From Bilabrum cf. latius (taxonomy: Eukaryota): a stretch of DNA of 64,000 bases. The notes beneath the pieces were generated by a model. It saw only the letters and a program-made list of their open reading frames with translations, was not told the DNA's origin and searched no databases. Position numbers and translations under genes: made by a program. Shown here one piece after another: positions 22,501 through 35,300 of the stretch (positions are counted from its first letter, which is position 1; each line of letters begins with the position of its first letter). The stretch spans positions 620,001-684,000 of the forward strand of contig OZ237767.1 of assembly GCA_965178125.1 (NCBI GenBank), written 5' to 3'.

Positions 22501-25500
22501 AGGACTCGGCAGCCCCCGCCCAGATCATCGAGGCGGCTGCAGCGGCCAGGGATCGGCTGGGCCAAGGAGGTATCACTATGAACGGCAGGGTAAGGGCTCC
22601 CATGCTGCCCTGGGAGGCCTCTGCGGTGGAGGCTCCTTCTGGTGACGTGTATGGGCTGCTGGCGCCAGGTGCGGGCAGCAGCAGCAGCATCGTCGCGGGC
22701 CATGAGCGGCAGCATTCTGCATACCCGGGGGGTTCCGGCGGCTCCAGCGGGTGCGCCTGCAGCGGGTGTTCCCTGAGTGCGTGTTGCGGTGGCTCGCCTC
22801 GGAGTTCCAGCGGCACCGAGATTGCGTCAGTGCGGCTGGTCCGGGGGAGCAGGGGCTGGGACGTCGTGAGGCGGGTGGCTCGTCTGCCGCCCATGGGATC
22901 CTCTGGTGGGAGCCACAGTCACGAGGGGGGTGCAAGGGCACGCTCAGCGGCCGGGGCAGGCGAGGCGCCCCTGACGGGCAGCCGATCCAGCGGGTCCTCA
23001 AAACAGTCCATCGCTGACGTGGACTCGCGCGGGACCAACACTCTCCGCGTGCTGGTGTGCGGCTTCCCGGTGTCCGTTGGTCTGCTGCTGCAGTCCCTGC
23101 TATCTTTTGACAAGGACAAGCAGAGGCAGGACCAGCACCCCGACATGCCTGGCGATGGCGGCGAGCCCCTGCCTCAGAGGCTGCATGCATCCAGCAGTGC
23201 GCCCCCTGCCCTTGACCAACCCTGCCCGCTGGACAGCCCCAGTCAGGCCAACAGCAGCACCAAGGCAAGCACACACGGCGGTAGCTTGCCGACACCAGGC
23301 GCCAACAGCGCCAGCAGCACCAGCAGCGGCAGCAGCAGCGTGGTGCAAGTGACGGTTCTGGCCCCTCGCGAGACGTGGCCGCGCGCGGAGGACATGGAGG
23401 CCGTGATGCAGGGCACGGAGGAGCTGCTACACTGCACTGCGGTGCGGGTGGTGGACGGTGACCCGAGGGACGCAGTTGACCTGGCGCGTGCAGGGGTCTC
23501 GCGCGTGGACAGCGCAATCGTCACACGGCGGCCCTACAGCGGCAGGACCGAGGGCAGTGCGGCGGAGGGGGGCTCCGCAGCGGCGGGTGGGGCGGGCGGG
23601 GCGAAGGGGGCCGTGCGGGACGCTCCACCGGTGGATTTATCCGCGGACGTGTGGGGCGTGGTGGTGGTGGGCGCGCTGCTGTCCCACCGGCCCGACCTCC
23701 ACGTTATCGCTGACGTGCTTGACGTGCACCACGCTACCCACGTAGCCCCTGTGGGGTCCTCTCTGTGGGAGGCGCAGTGGCGGTGCTACCGTGCCGAGGT
23801 CGAGACGGCTCGGGTGCTGCGGGAGGCGGGAGACGCGGGGTACACAGGGGTGGGTGGACAGGATGAGGACGATGAGCAGGGCGTCCCCACTGGGGGGCAG
23901 GGTGTCCCCACTGGGGGGCAGGAGATGCCTGCAGTTACACTGACAGGTGCTGGCAGTGGCCCCGGCCCCGCCCTGAGTCGTGCTGCCTCTCAAGTGGCCC
24001 TTCTCCACGCGGACACGGCTGGAGTGGAGAGAAGACTGCTGGATCACCTGCACGGGGATGCGGGGGGCAGGGCGCTGGTGGCTCCTGCTTCCGTGCCTGA
24101 GCGCGTGCTGGGCAAGGGGGGCAGCAAAGAAGAAAGGAGAGGAAGAAGGAGAGGGACAAGGATTGCGCAGAGGAAGAGGAAGAAGAGAGCGGGGCGGTCG
24201 CGACAGAGTGCAGCTCACGATGGTGCGAATGAGAGACATGGGATCAGGGGAGGTGATAGAGTGGTTTGCCATGCAACAGAGGAGAATAACTAGCAGGAGG
24301 GAGACGGCAGGCCTGCCAGAGCACGAGTCGATGAAGAGGAAGGCAGCGGCGGTAGGGTCGTCGCATCGAAGCATCAGGCGGGGTTGGTGTCATCGGACGG
24401 GACAGAGCAGGGCACGAACGCACGCAGCAGCGCGCTGGCCCATCTGCGGGGGGCCGCCCGGGCGCTCATCCGGGATGCCAGGGAACAAGGAGATGCAGAG
24501 ACCGGAACCTCGAGGGCGGGGAGGGCGGTGCTCAGCATGCGCGCGGCCGCCGCTGCGATCCACGTGGACCTGATGAAGCACAGGGGCCGCAGCTCCTCGT
24601 CTACCTCCGCTGGCAGCAGTAGCAGCAGCAGCAGCAGCGTGTCGACCGACGGAAGCTAGAACTCCGGGTCAGACGCTTACACTTCCGAGGGTGATGCTGA
24701 GTTCGAAGATGTAGTTGAAGACAAGGACGCAGCCGACATTGAGGCAGACGTCGGCTGCATGGACTTGGATGCTGGCCAGGGTCTGGGTCCAGAGCACAAG
24801 CCGGACCTGCCGCAAGCGAGCCACCGAGGCGTCGACGCCGCTTCCGTCCAGGTGGAGGTCAGTGGGCCGATAGCCGGGGAGACAGACGGCGAGGGCGAGG
24901 GAGATGGTGAGGGTAAGGGAGGGGTCAGTGCTAGTTTGCAGACACGTCCACGCGGTGCCCAGTCGTCTAGGGCACAGTCCAGCCCAAGCACAGCCCTTGT
25001 CCCCGTCCCCGCCGCAGCCCCGACGGGCGCGGGCACCTTGCCCCCGACCATGCCCCCGATGCACAACCCGCACATGCCACCGAAGCAGGACAAGGCGGCC
25101 GTTCGCCGCGCCGCCCGCAGATACCGGGCCCTCAGACACGCGTGCATGCAGGCATACCGCTCCGTGGCCGTGGCCCCACCGCTCGTGGCCGCGCTCGCCG
25201 CACCTGGGACGGGCTGGGTGCACAGTGACCCGGCCGCTCGCAGTGCGCTGGCCCTGGCGGATGGGTCCATGGCCCGCCTGGCCTCTGGGCTGGCCTGCGA
25301 TGTGCCCTCTCAGGACGGGGACGCGTTCGCGTGCCCCTCGATCGCAGCGGGGAGGGCCTTCTCGGCTGCCTCGCTGGACGCCCTAGCGGCCGAGGCGGTG
25401 TTCAACGTGCACTCGGTGCAGATGGTGCGGCTGCTGGCCAGGTCAGTCAGGGGGCGTCGGATGCGACTGCTGCCCGTGGCACTGGCTCTATGTGCCCTGA

Positions 25501-26006
25501 AGGAGGCGGGGGGCGAGAGGGCTCTCGGGGAGGGACCCCTGGGGGAACTGGGGGTCGCATGGGGGGAAGTCCACTCGTCACGACTTCGTGATAGGGCCGG
25601 TGGGGTCGATTCCGGCTCCGGATCAGCGGGTCCTCCCGCTCGTGGAAGCCAACCGCCGCCCCGGGCCCCTCCTGGCTTCCTCCCCGCGACGTACGGGCAG
25701 CTGTGGGAGGGCCTGCTTCGGGTGTGGGGCGTGCTCGGCCTGGGGCTACTGCGGAGGGTGAGGCCATGGGAGGTGCAGGCGGGCGGGGGCACTGCCAGGG
25801 GAGGCAGCGAAGGAGGGGGGGGAGGAGGAGGAGGAGGAGGAGAAGGGGGTACAGATGAGCAGTTCGAGAACCCCGCGGATCCGCACTGGCACGACCCCCG
25901 CGTGCTGCAGTACGTTCTAACGAGCCCTCCGAAGAGCACGCTGCTCTCTGCCAGGGACTGCGTGTTCGTGCTCTGCCAGCATGGGGACAGGTTCAGCGCA
26001 GTGTGA
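19575..26006 (+). CDS. BK/Slo-family (6/7-TM plus two RCK domains) cation channel-like protein, ~2140 aa, apparently single exon
   Basis: S4 segment LQAIRAARVFRAVRILKLARL; RCK1 HVMVAG...VVVLSP...IRGNPRVAADLARAG; PGASTLIANL; C-terminal AAGRAFSAASLDALAAEAVFN, TYGQLWEGLL..GVLGLGLLR and YVLTSPP...DCVFVL all match Slo landmarks. Six in-frame TAGs (19743, 20292, 21096, 21828, 24291, 24657); ends at TGA. Confidence 0.88.
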
Positions 26007-26182
26007 TTCATGTGTGCCGGAGTAGTACTAGACAGAAGCTCACTGATTTTGTACTAATACGTGCAAAGCAAACATCTGACAATGTAGATGGCCGGTACTA
26101 CGATTGCAAATAGATCTGATCATCATGAGAAAATACTCCGATTCTCTGATCTAACGGGATTGTCCGATACCCGACTGATCGG

Positions 26183-26947
26183 TCAAGTCCCTTTCATGGC
26201 GCTTCTACCAACCACGTCGATCGTTCCGCATAGATAATGTGGCCGTGCTGAAGCTTGCCCGCTGGCTGCAGTCGTTCCATCGGCTCGCAGCGAACTAGAG
26301 GATGGTTCTTGATCGGGCCGACGAGCGGCTACGCCTTCTGCGCATACCTGTTCACGGGTTGGTCCCACCTCGCTTTCCCCAGCTCGGAAACGTGCACCAT
26401 AGATTTTACAAGGTGCCTTTTCTTCTTGCCGAGAGGGACAGAGCCAGTCGTGTCGAGATTCGGCCGCGGAGAGCACATCCCCCGACAAGACCTTGATGAG
26501 AGGAGCCGCCGGCGGCACCGCCGTGGAAGCCTCGCCGCCGGTCGCTTCCTCGTCGCCCCAAGGCAGTTCTGTCCCCCAAAACGTTTGCTGCCGGTACTAT
26601 GACACTCCAGCTGGACCGCGCCGATACGTTTGAACCTCCTGCGGTCCGCTTGCGCAGGTGTAATCGAGCTGGAGGGCAGAGCTCGAGCCAGAACCATGCG
26701 AACCGGTAACACCAATCCCGCAAAATGCCTTCGGGGGACCCGTTGCACGGATCGATGTGGATCTTCTGCAACAATCTGAAACTGCGTCATACTTGTTCTT
26801 GAATTTTGTGGCTCTATCCCGGTTGCTGCTGGGCGATACGGGGTGCAGAAGCTTGTTCGAGCTAGTCTTCGATCTCGTCGCCTCGATATGCTTCACTTCG
26901 GCCAAAGCAGCGCTTGCCTGACTTGAAGGGCTCATTTTGTTCGGCAT
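26183..26947 (-). CDS. Possible hypothetical protein
   Basis: ORFs 26597-27040 and 26183-26518 share a frame joined through TAG 26597; ATG 26947, TGA 26183. No domain recognised and GC is lower. Confidence 0.3.
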
Positions 26948-27143
26948 CACCTCGTTCAATAAAGATTTTCTGACGCTAGAGCGCACTTGATTGCTTGTTG
27001 GTGAATTCGTAGGCCCGCGTGGAGTGCTTCTTGATCGCACTGTGTACCGCCGGGGGTACTTGGTCGCAAGGCTACTGGTCCAACGTTCGCACGATGATGA
27101 TGTGTCTTAAGATCATGCTTTGTGATTGCAATTGTCACCACAA

Positions 27144-28729
27144 TTACTTGGCAGGGCTCTTTTTCTTCCCCTTTTTGGCGCTTCCAGGCTTGGAGACTCC
27201 CTACGATTTTCTCTTCTTGGCGGGTGGTGCCCCCAAGCTCTCGGCGGCTGCCTGCAGCGCGTGCCTGCCCTTGGGCCCGCCAGTGCCGGGCGACTGCACT
27301 TTCTTGCCCTTGCCGGCCCCTCCCTTCTTGCCCTTGCCGCCAGGACCGGAGCTCGCGCCGCTGTTGCCTCCCCTCTTCCCCTACTCCCCTGCCGCCAGCT
27401 CCAGCTCGGCCCTGCCGGCTGCCTCCGCCGCTGCCTCGGACCTCCTCCTCTTCTTGCCCTTGCCCCGGGCCTTGCCACCGCCACTGCTGCTGGCACCGCT
27501 TGCGCCTGTCGCCGCTGCCCCCGCCCTCTGCTTGCCCCCATCCTCCCCACCGATCCCCAGCGCGCCCTCAAGCTCAGGGAACCTGTCAAAGGCCCCGATA
27601 GAGCCCTGGATCTTGGCCTTGCTGGGCGCCAGCTTGCCAAGCACGGACAGGGCCGCGGCCCGGTCCGCCGTGTGCTCGTAGGCCTCCCCGGCCAACCCCG
27701 CCCCGGCGCCCACCCCGTCACCGGTGGCCTCCTCCAGCTCGGGGACCGCGCAGTAGAGCGGCAGCGCCACGGTGGTCTCCGCCCTCAGGGAGATCTGCTG
27801 CACGTTGGCCCAGCCCCCGGGGATGCGCGCCACCGTGGGCAGCACGGCAGCCATGGCGTTGTCCGCCAGAGCGTCGGGGGAGAAGGCGCTCGTGCCTATG
27901 CGCACGCTCGTGTTGGACCCGGCGCCCAGCTGCCTCACGTACGTGGAGTCCCTCGCTCTCTCGAGCGCCCTGCGGAGGGCGGAGGGCTTGGCGGGGTCCA
28001 CCTTGACTGCGCCCGCCTCCATCTTGGAGCGGCGGAATGTCTCGCCCAGCAGGCGAGTGAGCATCGGGATGATAGAGTCATCGCACACGAATGCGTCGTA
28101 TTTCTGGGTGAGCTCCCTCCTCTTCTTGTGGTCGTGGTACGTGCTCTTGAGGTCCTTGTAGCCGAGCACCTGCACGTAGCCGGGCACGGGAGACGTCTCC
28201 AACCAGTCCTCTACCGCCTTCTTCACTTCATCCCGTACAAAAAGGCACAGCTCCACGCCATCCTCGGGGTTCAGCAAGGTGTGCGGGAGCGGGCTGCGGG
28301 CAAGAAGGGGGAGACATCGTCCTTGCACAACAGCACGATGCGTGACATGCGGAGAGGCTGCTCGCGGTGGCCAGAGGCGCAGTTGGCTCACATCTGGATT
28401 GGTTTGTGCCTAGGCTCTCGAGGAAGCTGGTGGATAACGAAATTCAAGAATACGCTCTCCTCGCCAGCGTCTCCGAGCAAGTCCTCCTTGGCATCCTCGG
28501 GCTTCGGCCTCTCTTGCATGTACTTTAGGAGCGAGCCGGTAGCACGACGAACCTATGAAGATATAAATAAAACGGGATTGGCGCAGCTTGTGCAGTACAT
28601 GGCTACAACGCGCTGTTCGAGGCCGCACTTGCACCATGGTTGCAGGTGCAACTGCAGGTTTCTCACCGTGCTGCGCGAAATCCGGCGTGGGGCGCCTGCA
28701 GCAGCCTTCTACCGGGAGGCCTGCTTCAT
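27144..28729 (-). CDS. RSL1D1: Ribosomal L1 domain-containing nucleolar protein (RSL1D1/Utp30/Cic1-like)
   Basis: KPIQIPLPH...LCLFVRD...RRELTQKYDAFVCDDSIIPMLTRLLG..F, SVRIG, IPGGWANVQQISLR...ALPLY, then a Lys-rich tail. Introns 28553-28666 and 28294-28391. TAGs at 28709, 27381 and 27201; ends at TAA 27144. Confidence 0.85.
28294..28391 (-). other. Spliceosomal intron (98 nt, phase 2)
   Basis: GTGAGC...cccgcAG; restores KPIQ-I-PLPH. Confidence 0.8.
28553..28666 (-). other. Spliceosomal intron (114 nt, phase 0)
   Basis: GTGAGA...T-rich...ttcatAG; joins ISRST|VRRATGSLLKY. Confidence 0.65.
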
Positions 28730-29383
28730 TTTAGCTTGCGTAAAATCCTTCTCGGACGAGTAGGGGCCCTTCATTGCTGACATTTTGTCGATGGATATGC
28801 CGCCATTGTGCCTTGCGGTGGGTTGCGTGCTGTTTGGGAGCACCGACTGGTCGAAATCAGATTGAGCGCGACGGGCAGACTCACCTCGGAGTGCACCAGA
28901 TACATCCGCTATTCTGGCTGTAACACTCCAGTAAAGTACCGCGCCAAGTGTAAACGGGTGCATTGTACCTGTGTGCCCAAGCTTTGCGTTGAGCTGGCCA
29001 GCACAGCACACGCGGTCGCAAGCTGCCTACGTACGGTTCGCGCGGGCTTGAAGTGCCCAGCAACTACAGTTGTGGGGCGTTTGAAGACAGAACTACCCAC
29101 TTTCTCGTGCGTTAATTGAACCAATAAACATGTCAGGGTATGCGAGGCAGAAAGGATACTCTGTGAGTCGCCGGCCGCAACGAGCCGAACGGATCTCGCT
29201 CCTTCGCCGGTGGCCATCGCCACGCCTAGTATCACGTGTTGTGTTTGTCCAAATAGACACGCGCCACTAGAATCATGTTTTTGCTATGAGTTCTTCTTCT
29301 GGTCTCCGCAGGCAAGAACACCAGGCCGCTCGAGGAGGGCACCGCCAGCGCTGCAAGGCGAACACTCTGGCCGCGGCGGCAAG

Positions 29384-32300
29384 ATGACCGTGTACAGCGG
29401 CAGCAGCGAGGGCCCGGTCGTTCCGGTAGAATCAGTCGACTTGCGCGCATAGCGAGAGACGGCGGATGAGCTCCGGCGGCAGGTGTCGATGCTGAAGCAG
29501 TGGAATGGCCGCCTGGACGCCCAGGTGGACGCTGACACGAAAGAAATCTCGGAACTCAAGGTGAGCATGCAGTGCAGAAGCACCCAAAGAACAAAGCAGA
29601 TACATTTTATCATCATTTTCTTGATTGTCCACGACCTGATCAACGCCGCAGATTGACGTGGAGCGCACGCGGTCCCAGCTGCAGCAGGCGGGCGCCGACC
29701 GCGACAAGGCCGCCGCGCTCAGTTCCACGCTCATGTCCAAGCTCGAGCAAGTCGGGGACATGCTTCGTGACGTGAAGCGCGAGAACCAAAGCATGCATCA
29801 GCAGAACACCGAGCTGAAAGAGACGGCCGAACGCTCGCGCCAGCAGCACGAGCAGGCGCTCACGCAGGCGCAGAGCGAGCACGCCGCCGAGGCCACGGCC
29901 CTCCGCAACAAGATGGAGGAGCTGGACCGCAGGAACCAGCAGGCCATGGAAGCCCTCAAAGACACGCACCGCAAGCAGGAGGAGAGGGCCAGGGCCGACC
30001 TGGACGCCGAGCGGGACGCCCGCCTGCAGGAGGTGCGCCGCCTGACGGACGAGTTCGAGGCCGCGCTGACCAAGCTCAAGGACAGGAGCAAGGCGGACCT
30101 GGAGAGGGAGCGGGGCGAGCACGAGGCAGAGCTGCAGAGGATCCGCCAGGAGAGCGAGGCCGAGCTGGCCCGGCTCAAGGACCAGGGGGCGGCAGACCGC
30201 GCCCAGGCCCAGCAGGAGCTGTCGAGGGTCCGGGGCGAGCTGCAGGAGGAGCTGAGGGCGGTGAGGGAGGCGGCCGCGCTGGACGCAGCCAGGACCAAGG
30301 AGGACCACGCGGAGGAGCTGAGGAGCACCAAGGAACAGGCCGCCAGGGAGCTGGCCCAGCTGCGGGAATCGGCCGAGGAAGCGCAGGCACGGGCCGGCAG
30401 GGAACACGAGGAGGCGCTTGGCAAGGCCAGGAGCGAGCACGCGGCCGAGCTGGCCCGCATCAAGGCCGAGTCCGCGGCGGAGATCACCCGGCTCCGGGAC
30501 GAGGTGGGCTCGGAGCACCAGCGGGCCCAGGAGGAGGTCTCGACGGCGCGCACCTCGGGGGCCACGGAGCTGGCCGAGCAGCGCAAGAGGCACGAAGCGG
30601 AGCTGGCGCAACTGAGGGCAGAGCACGCGGAGGCCCTCCGCAAGACCCAGTCGGAGCACCGCGAGGAGGTGCAGGCGCTGCAGGACAGGGCCGAGAAGGC
30701 GCAGGCGGAGCAGCGGCAGCGCGCCGAGGACGACCTGGAGAGGGTGAAGGCCGGGCTGCAGGCCAAGCTGGAGACAGCCGAGGAGAAGGCGGCCGCCCAG
30801 CGGGAGGAGAACCTGAGCGCGCTGCAGCTGCTCAAGGAGCGGCACACGGGGGTGCAGGACGAGGCCCTGGAGCGGCACTCGAAGATGGTGCTGGAGCTGG
30901 AGGGCAAGGCCCTTGAGGCCAGGGAGGAGGCGGGGCGGGTGCTCGCCGAGACCAAGGAGGCGGCGGCGGCGCAGCTGTCCGAAGCCAGGGAGGCGGCCAC
31001 GACCAAGCTGGTCGAGGTGCGGGAGGAGGCGGGCAAGCAGCTCTCGGCGCTGCGCTCCCAGATGGCCGAGCAGCGGGAGGCCTCGGCGCAGCAGATCAAC
31101 GAGCTGAGGCAGCAGCTGGGCGAGGCCAGGGAGAAGGCAGCCGCGGAGCTGTCCGAGCTGAGGCTCGCGTCGCAGTCGGAGCTGCAGGCCACGCGGCACG
31201 CGCATCAGGAGGCCCTGGCAGAGGCGCGCAACCAGGTGAGGGAGGCGCGGGAGCAGGCCCTGCAGCAGGTGGCCGCCGCGCGGGAGGAGGCAGCGAGGCT
31301 CGTGGCCACGGAGAAGGAGGCCGCGGCCGCACGGCTGGCGGCGGCGCAGGAGGAGTCCGCGCGGCGCATGCAGGAGGCGCAGGAGGCGCACCAGAAGAAG
31401 GTGTCCCAGCTGCAGGAGGACGCCATGCACCGCGTCCAGGAGCTCTCGGAAGAGCAGGCCAAGCGATCCGAGGAGGCCGCGCGCCGGGCCGAGCAGGAGC
31501 GCCAGCGCTTCGAGCAGTCGATCAAGGAGGAGAGGGAGAGGGCGGACGCGGCCATCGAGGCGGCGCGGGAGAAGACCGAGACGGAGCTGGCGGCCGCCCG
31601 TCGCCGCGCCGAGGACCAGACGTCGCAGGCCACCAAGGAGGCCCAGCGGGTCAAGCAGGAGTACGAGAAGGCGCAGCAGGACCTAGACGCGGCGAGGAGG
31701 AGGTTCCAGCAGGAGATGGACGAGCGCATGAAGACCCACATGTCTCAGATGGACGAGGCCGTGAGCGCAGGGTCGCAGAAGCTGCAGGGCACGATCGACT
31801 CGCACCAGGAAGAGCTCCGCAAGATGCAGGAGACGTACGAGAAGGAGATCGAGGGCATCCACGCCAAGCACGCGCAGCAGAAGAAGGAAGCGGATGCTCA
31901 GAGGGACGCTCAGGCGCAGGAACTCAAGGCGGATGCGGACCGGCTCCGGGAGGAGCTGGAGGCGGCCCAGGCCCAGGGCGCCAAGGCCGTCGAGGCCGCG
32001 CACCGGGCGCACAGGGAGGAGCTGGACCGGGCGAGGGCAGAGGCGGGGGCCGCCCTCCGCGAGCATGAGGAGGCGCACGCCAAGGCGATCCGGGAGATGA
32101 GGGACCGGGCCATGGGCGAGACGAGAGACATGATGGACCGGCACGTGGGCGAGTTCAAGGAGCTGCAGTCGAAGGTCGTGGCGGAGAACGCCAAGTCGCA
32201 GGAGCAGGCGGCGGAGTGGTCGGGCGAGCGGCAGCGGCTCCTGGGGGAGGTCAAGGCCGCGCAGGAGGACGCGGTGCGGGAGGCGCGGGCCATGGAGGTG

Positions 32301-35300
32301 CGGCATCAGGAGGAGCAGCAGGCCCTCGAGGCCAGGCACCAGGGCGAGCTGCAGGCTGCGCGGGAGGAGCTGGCCCGCCAGATCCAGGAGGAGAGGAGGC
32401 GCGCGGACGAGGCGAGGGCCGGCATGCAGAAGGTCGCCTCGGAGGAGCAGGCCCGGCTGAGGGAGGAGATCGCGGAGCTGAGGAAGCTGCACGGGGAGGA
32501 CAAGCTCAAGGCGCAGTCGGAGCACGCGCGGGCCGTGCACGAGCTCGTGGAGCAGCACGCCAAGGAGCTGCGGGAGAGCATCGCGAGGGCGGACCAGGAC
32601 ATGCACGCGGCCAGGGAGCGCGCCGACGCGCAGGTGCGCGAGGTGCGAGAGCGGGTGCAGTCCGAGGCGGTGACCAGGGAAGCGAGTCTGCGGGAGGAGC
32701 TGGAGGCTTTGCGGGGCAACGCGGACGACGAGAGGGCCAAGATGATCGACCGGCAGCGGGAGACGATCCGGCGCATGCAGGCGGAGCTGCAGCAAGACCT
32801 CGAGGTGCAGCGGCAGGCTCTGGCCAAGGCTAAGCAGGAGGCTGACGCTCGCCTGAGGGCCCGGGAGACGGCCCTCGGGGAGGAGCTGGCCCAGCTGCGG
32901 GCGACTCTGGAGGAGGAGAGGGACGCGGCAGCGCACAGGCTGCACGATCAGCGGACAAAGGCCGAGGAACGGCAGCAGCAGCTGCGGGACGACGCCGAGA
33001 AACGGCTGGCGGAGCAGGTCTCCAAGGCCGAGGCCGACACGGCGGACCTGCGCGCCCGCCTGGAGAGCGCCAAGCGAGACCTCGTGGAGCGCCTCGAGAT
33101 GGAGCGGGGGTCGTCCAAGGAGGCGGCCCAGGCGAGGCTCAGGGAAATAGAGCAGGAGCGCAAGGCCGAGGCGGAAAGGGCCAAGCACGCCGCCGCAGAC
33201 GCGCTGCAGGCCAAGCAGGCCGAGAGCGACCGCCTGCTCGCCGAGAGGGACGCGCGAGCGCAGGCCCTGGCCCTCGAGCAGCAGCAGCAGTTCGACCGCA
33301 TGCTGGAGGACGAGCGCAAGACGGCTCGCAAGCAGCTGGACGAGCTAGAGGCGGCCCATCAGCAGGCGCAGGAGCAGGCTGCGACCAAGCACAGGCAGGC
33401 ACTGCTGGACGCGCAGCGCAGGGTGGAGCGGGAGGCCACCGAGAGAGCGCTGGCCGAGAGCGAGGCGGCTGTCGGTGTGGGGGCGCGGGGGCAGAGAGGG
33501 GGTGCCGACGCCGCCGCTGCCGAGCAGCGCAAGCGGCTGGAGGATCGCCTGGAGCGGGCCCGCAAGGAGGCAGACGACCAGGCGGCCCAGCGGCGGGCGG
33601 TGGAGGACGAGCTCCACCGGGCCCAGCGGGAGGCCAGAGACGCGGAGGCAGCCCGCAAGCGGGCCGAGAGGGACTCTTAGGACCTCGAGGCGAAGCTGGC
33701 CAGGTAGAGGCAGCAGCACCAGCAGGCCGGGGGCGCGACACCTGCGATGGGGGACGGAGGGTCGGTCCCCGTCACCGCGGCCAGCGCTGGAGATGGGGCC
33801 GCCGGCCTGGCTGGATCGGTTGTGGACGAGGCTGGCGACGACGGGGAAGACCGGCTGCGCGCGGCCAGGTCCGAGATCCGCTCGCTGAAGAGGCGCCTGG
33901 ACGCGGCCAGCAGCAAGGCGGAGAGCCTGCGGGCCCAGCTGGAGGCGGCGCGGGCGTCGGGTGCAACAGCAGCGAGACGGGCCGCCGCAGGGGGGTTGGA
34001 CGGCGAGGATTCTCGAGCCTCGCACGACGACCCGACCACCGTCATGTCGGCGGACCTCGCTGCCATGCGGGAGGATAAGGCAGCAGCGGTGCGCGAGCTG
34101 CAGGCCAAGCACGAGCAGGCACTGGCCCGGGCGCAGGAGCAGTTCGACGCGGACACCGCTCAGCTGGCCCGCGCCAAGCAGGAGGCGGAGCGGCGGCTGC
34201 AGGGCGAGCTGGACGCGGCCCGCACTGCCCTGGAGGAGGCCCAGGAAGACAGCAAGGCGGACCTCAAGATGGCCAAGCTGAGGCACGATTCGCAGCTGGC
34301 CCAGCTCGGGACCGCCTTGCGGGCCCGCATGGTGCAGCTCGAGGCTCGCGCCAAGAAGGCCGAGGAGGCGGCAGAGACGGGCTCAGGCACGGGTGGAGCT
34401 GAAGCCGAGGCTGAGGCTTCATCCTCCGAGCCTGGCGAGGCGGCTTCCGGTAGCCATGAAGGCGCCACCGCTGCCTCTACCTCTGCCTCTGCCCTGGAGG
34501 ATCTTCGCAAGTCATACGAGGAGCAGGCACAGGCTCTGCGGGCCGAGCTGGAGGACACCAATGCCGAGATGGCCAGGGTCCAGCGCAAGCACCAGGAGCA
34601 GGTGCGCGGCATGAAGCAGAGGCTGGAGGACGCCGACAAGGCGCACGAGGAGCACATCGACAGGGAGCTGGCGCGCGCCACCCAGTCGCTGGAGACGCAG
34701 CTGGCCGCCGCGGACGCCCGCGCAGGAGACCTCGAGGGGCAGGTGCGCGAGTGGGAGACCACTCGGCTGGGCAGGGAGCTGCGGCTGCAGTCAGTGACCC
34801 TCAGGGAGCGCATCTCGCAGCTGGAGCAAGCCGTGCAGGAGCGGCAGGCAGAGGCCCTGCGCCTGCACGAGCAACACGCCGAGGCGATCCAGCACCGGGC
34901 GCAGGAAGCGCAGGCCCGGCTGCACGCGGCCGAGGACGCGCACCAGCAGGCCCTAGAGAGGGCACGGACTGACCTGGCAAGGGAGCGGGAGGCGGCGAGG
35001 ACAGAGCTCAAGGAGCAGAGGGATCGGCACGAGAGGGCCATGGGGGCGCTGCGGGCCGAGCAGGAGCAGGCCGCCCGCTCGATGGCTGCGAGACACGAGG
35101 AGGCCACGGAGGGGCTGCGCAAGGAGCACGAGGAGGAGCGAGCGAGGCTCCGGGAGGCAGGGGACCGCGCCCGGGGGGAGAAGCAGCAGGAGGACCAGGA
35201 GGCGGCAGGTGGGCATGAGGCCAGTGCAAGGGAGCTGGAGCAGCGGGTGCACGAGGCCGAGCGGGAGGGTGAGCGCGCCCTAGCGGCCAGGGAGCGGGAG

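Noticed and set aside
26007-29383. tRNA (including a CUA suppressor), other RNA gene or mobile element in the AT-richer gaps
   Set aside because: No cloverleaf or T-loop consensus, terminal repeats or transposase/RT motifs recognised by eye; tRNAscan-SE/Infernal would be needed to exclude them.
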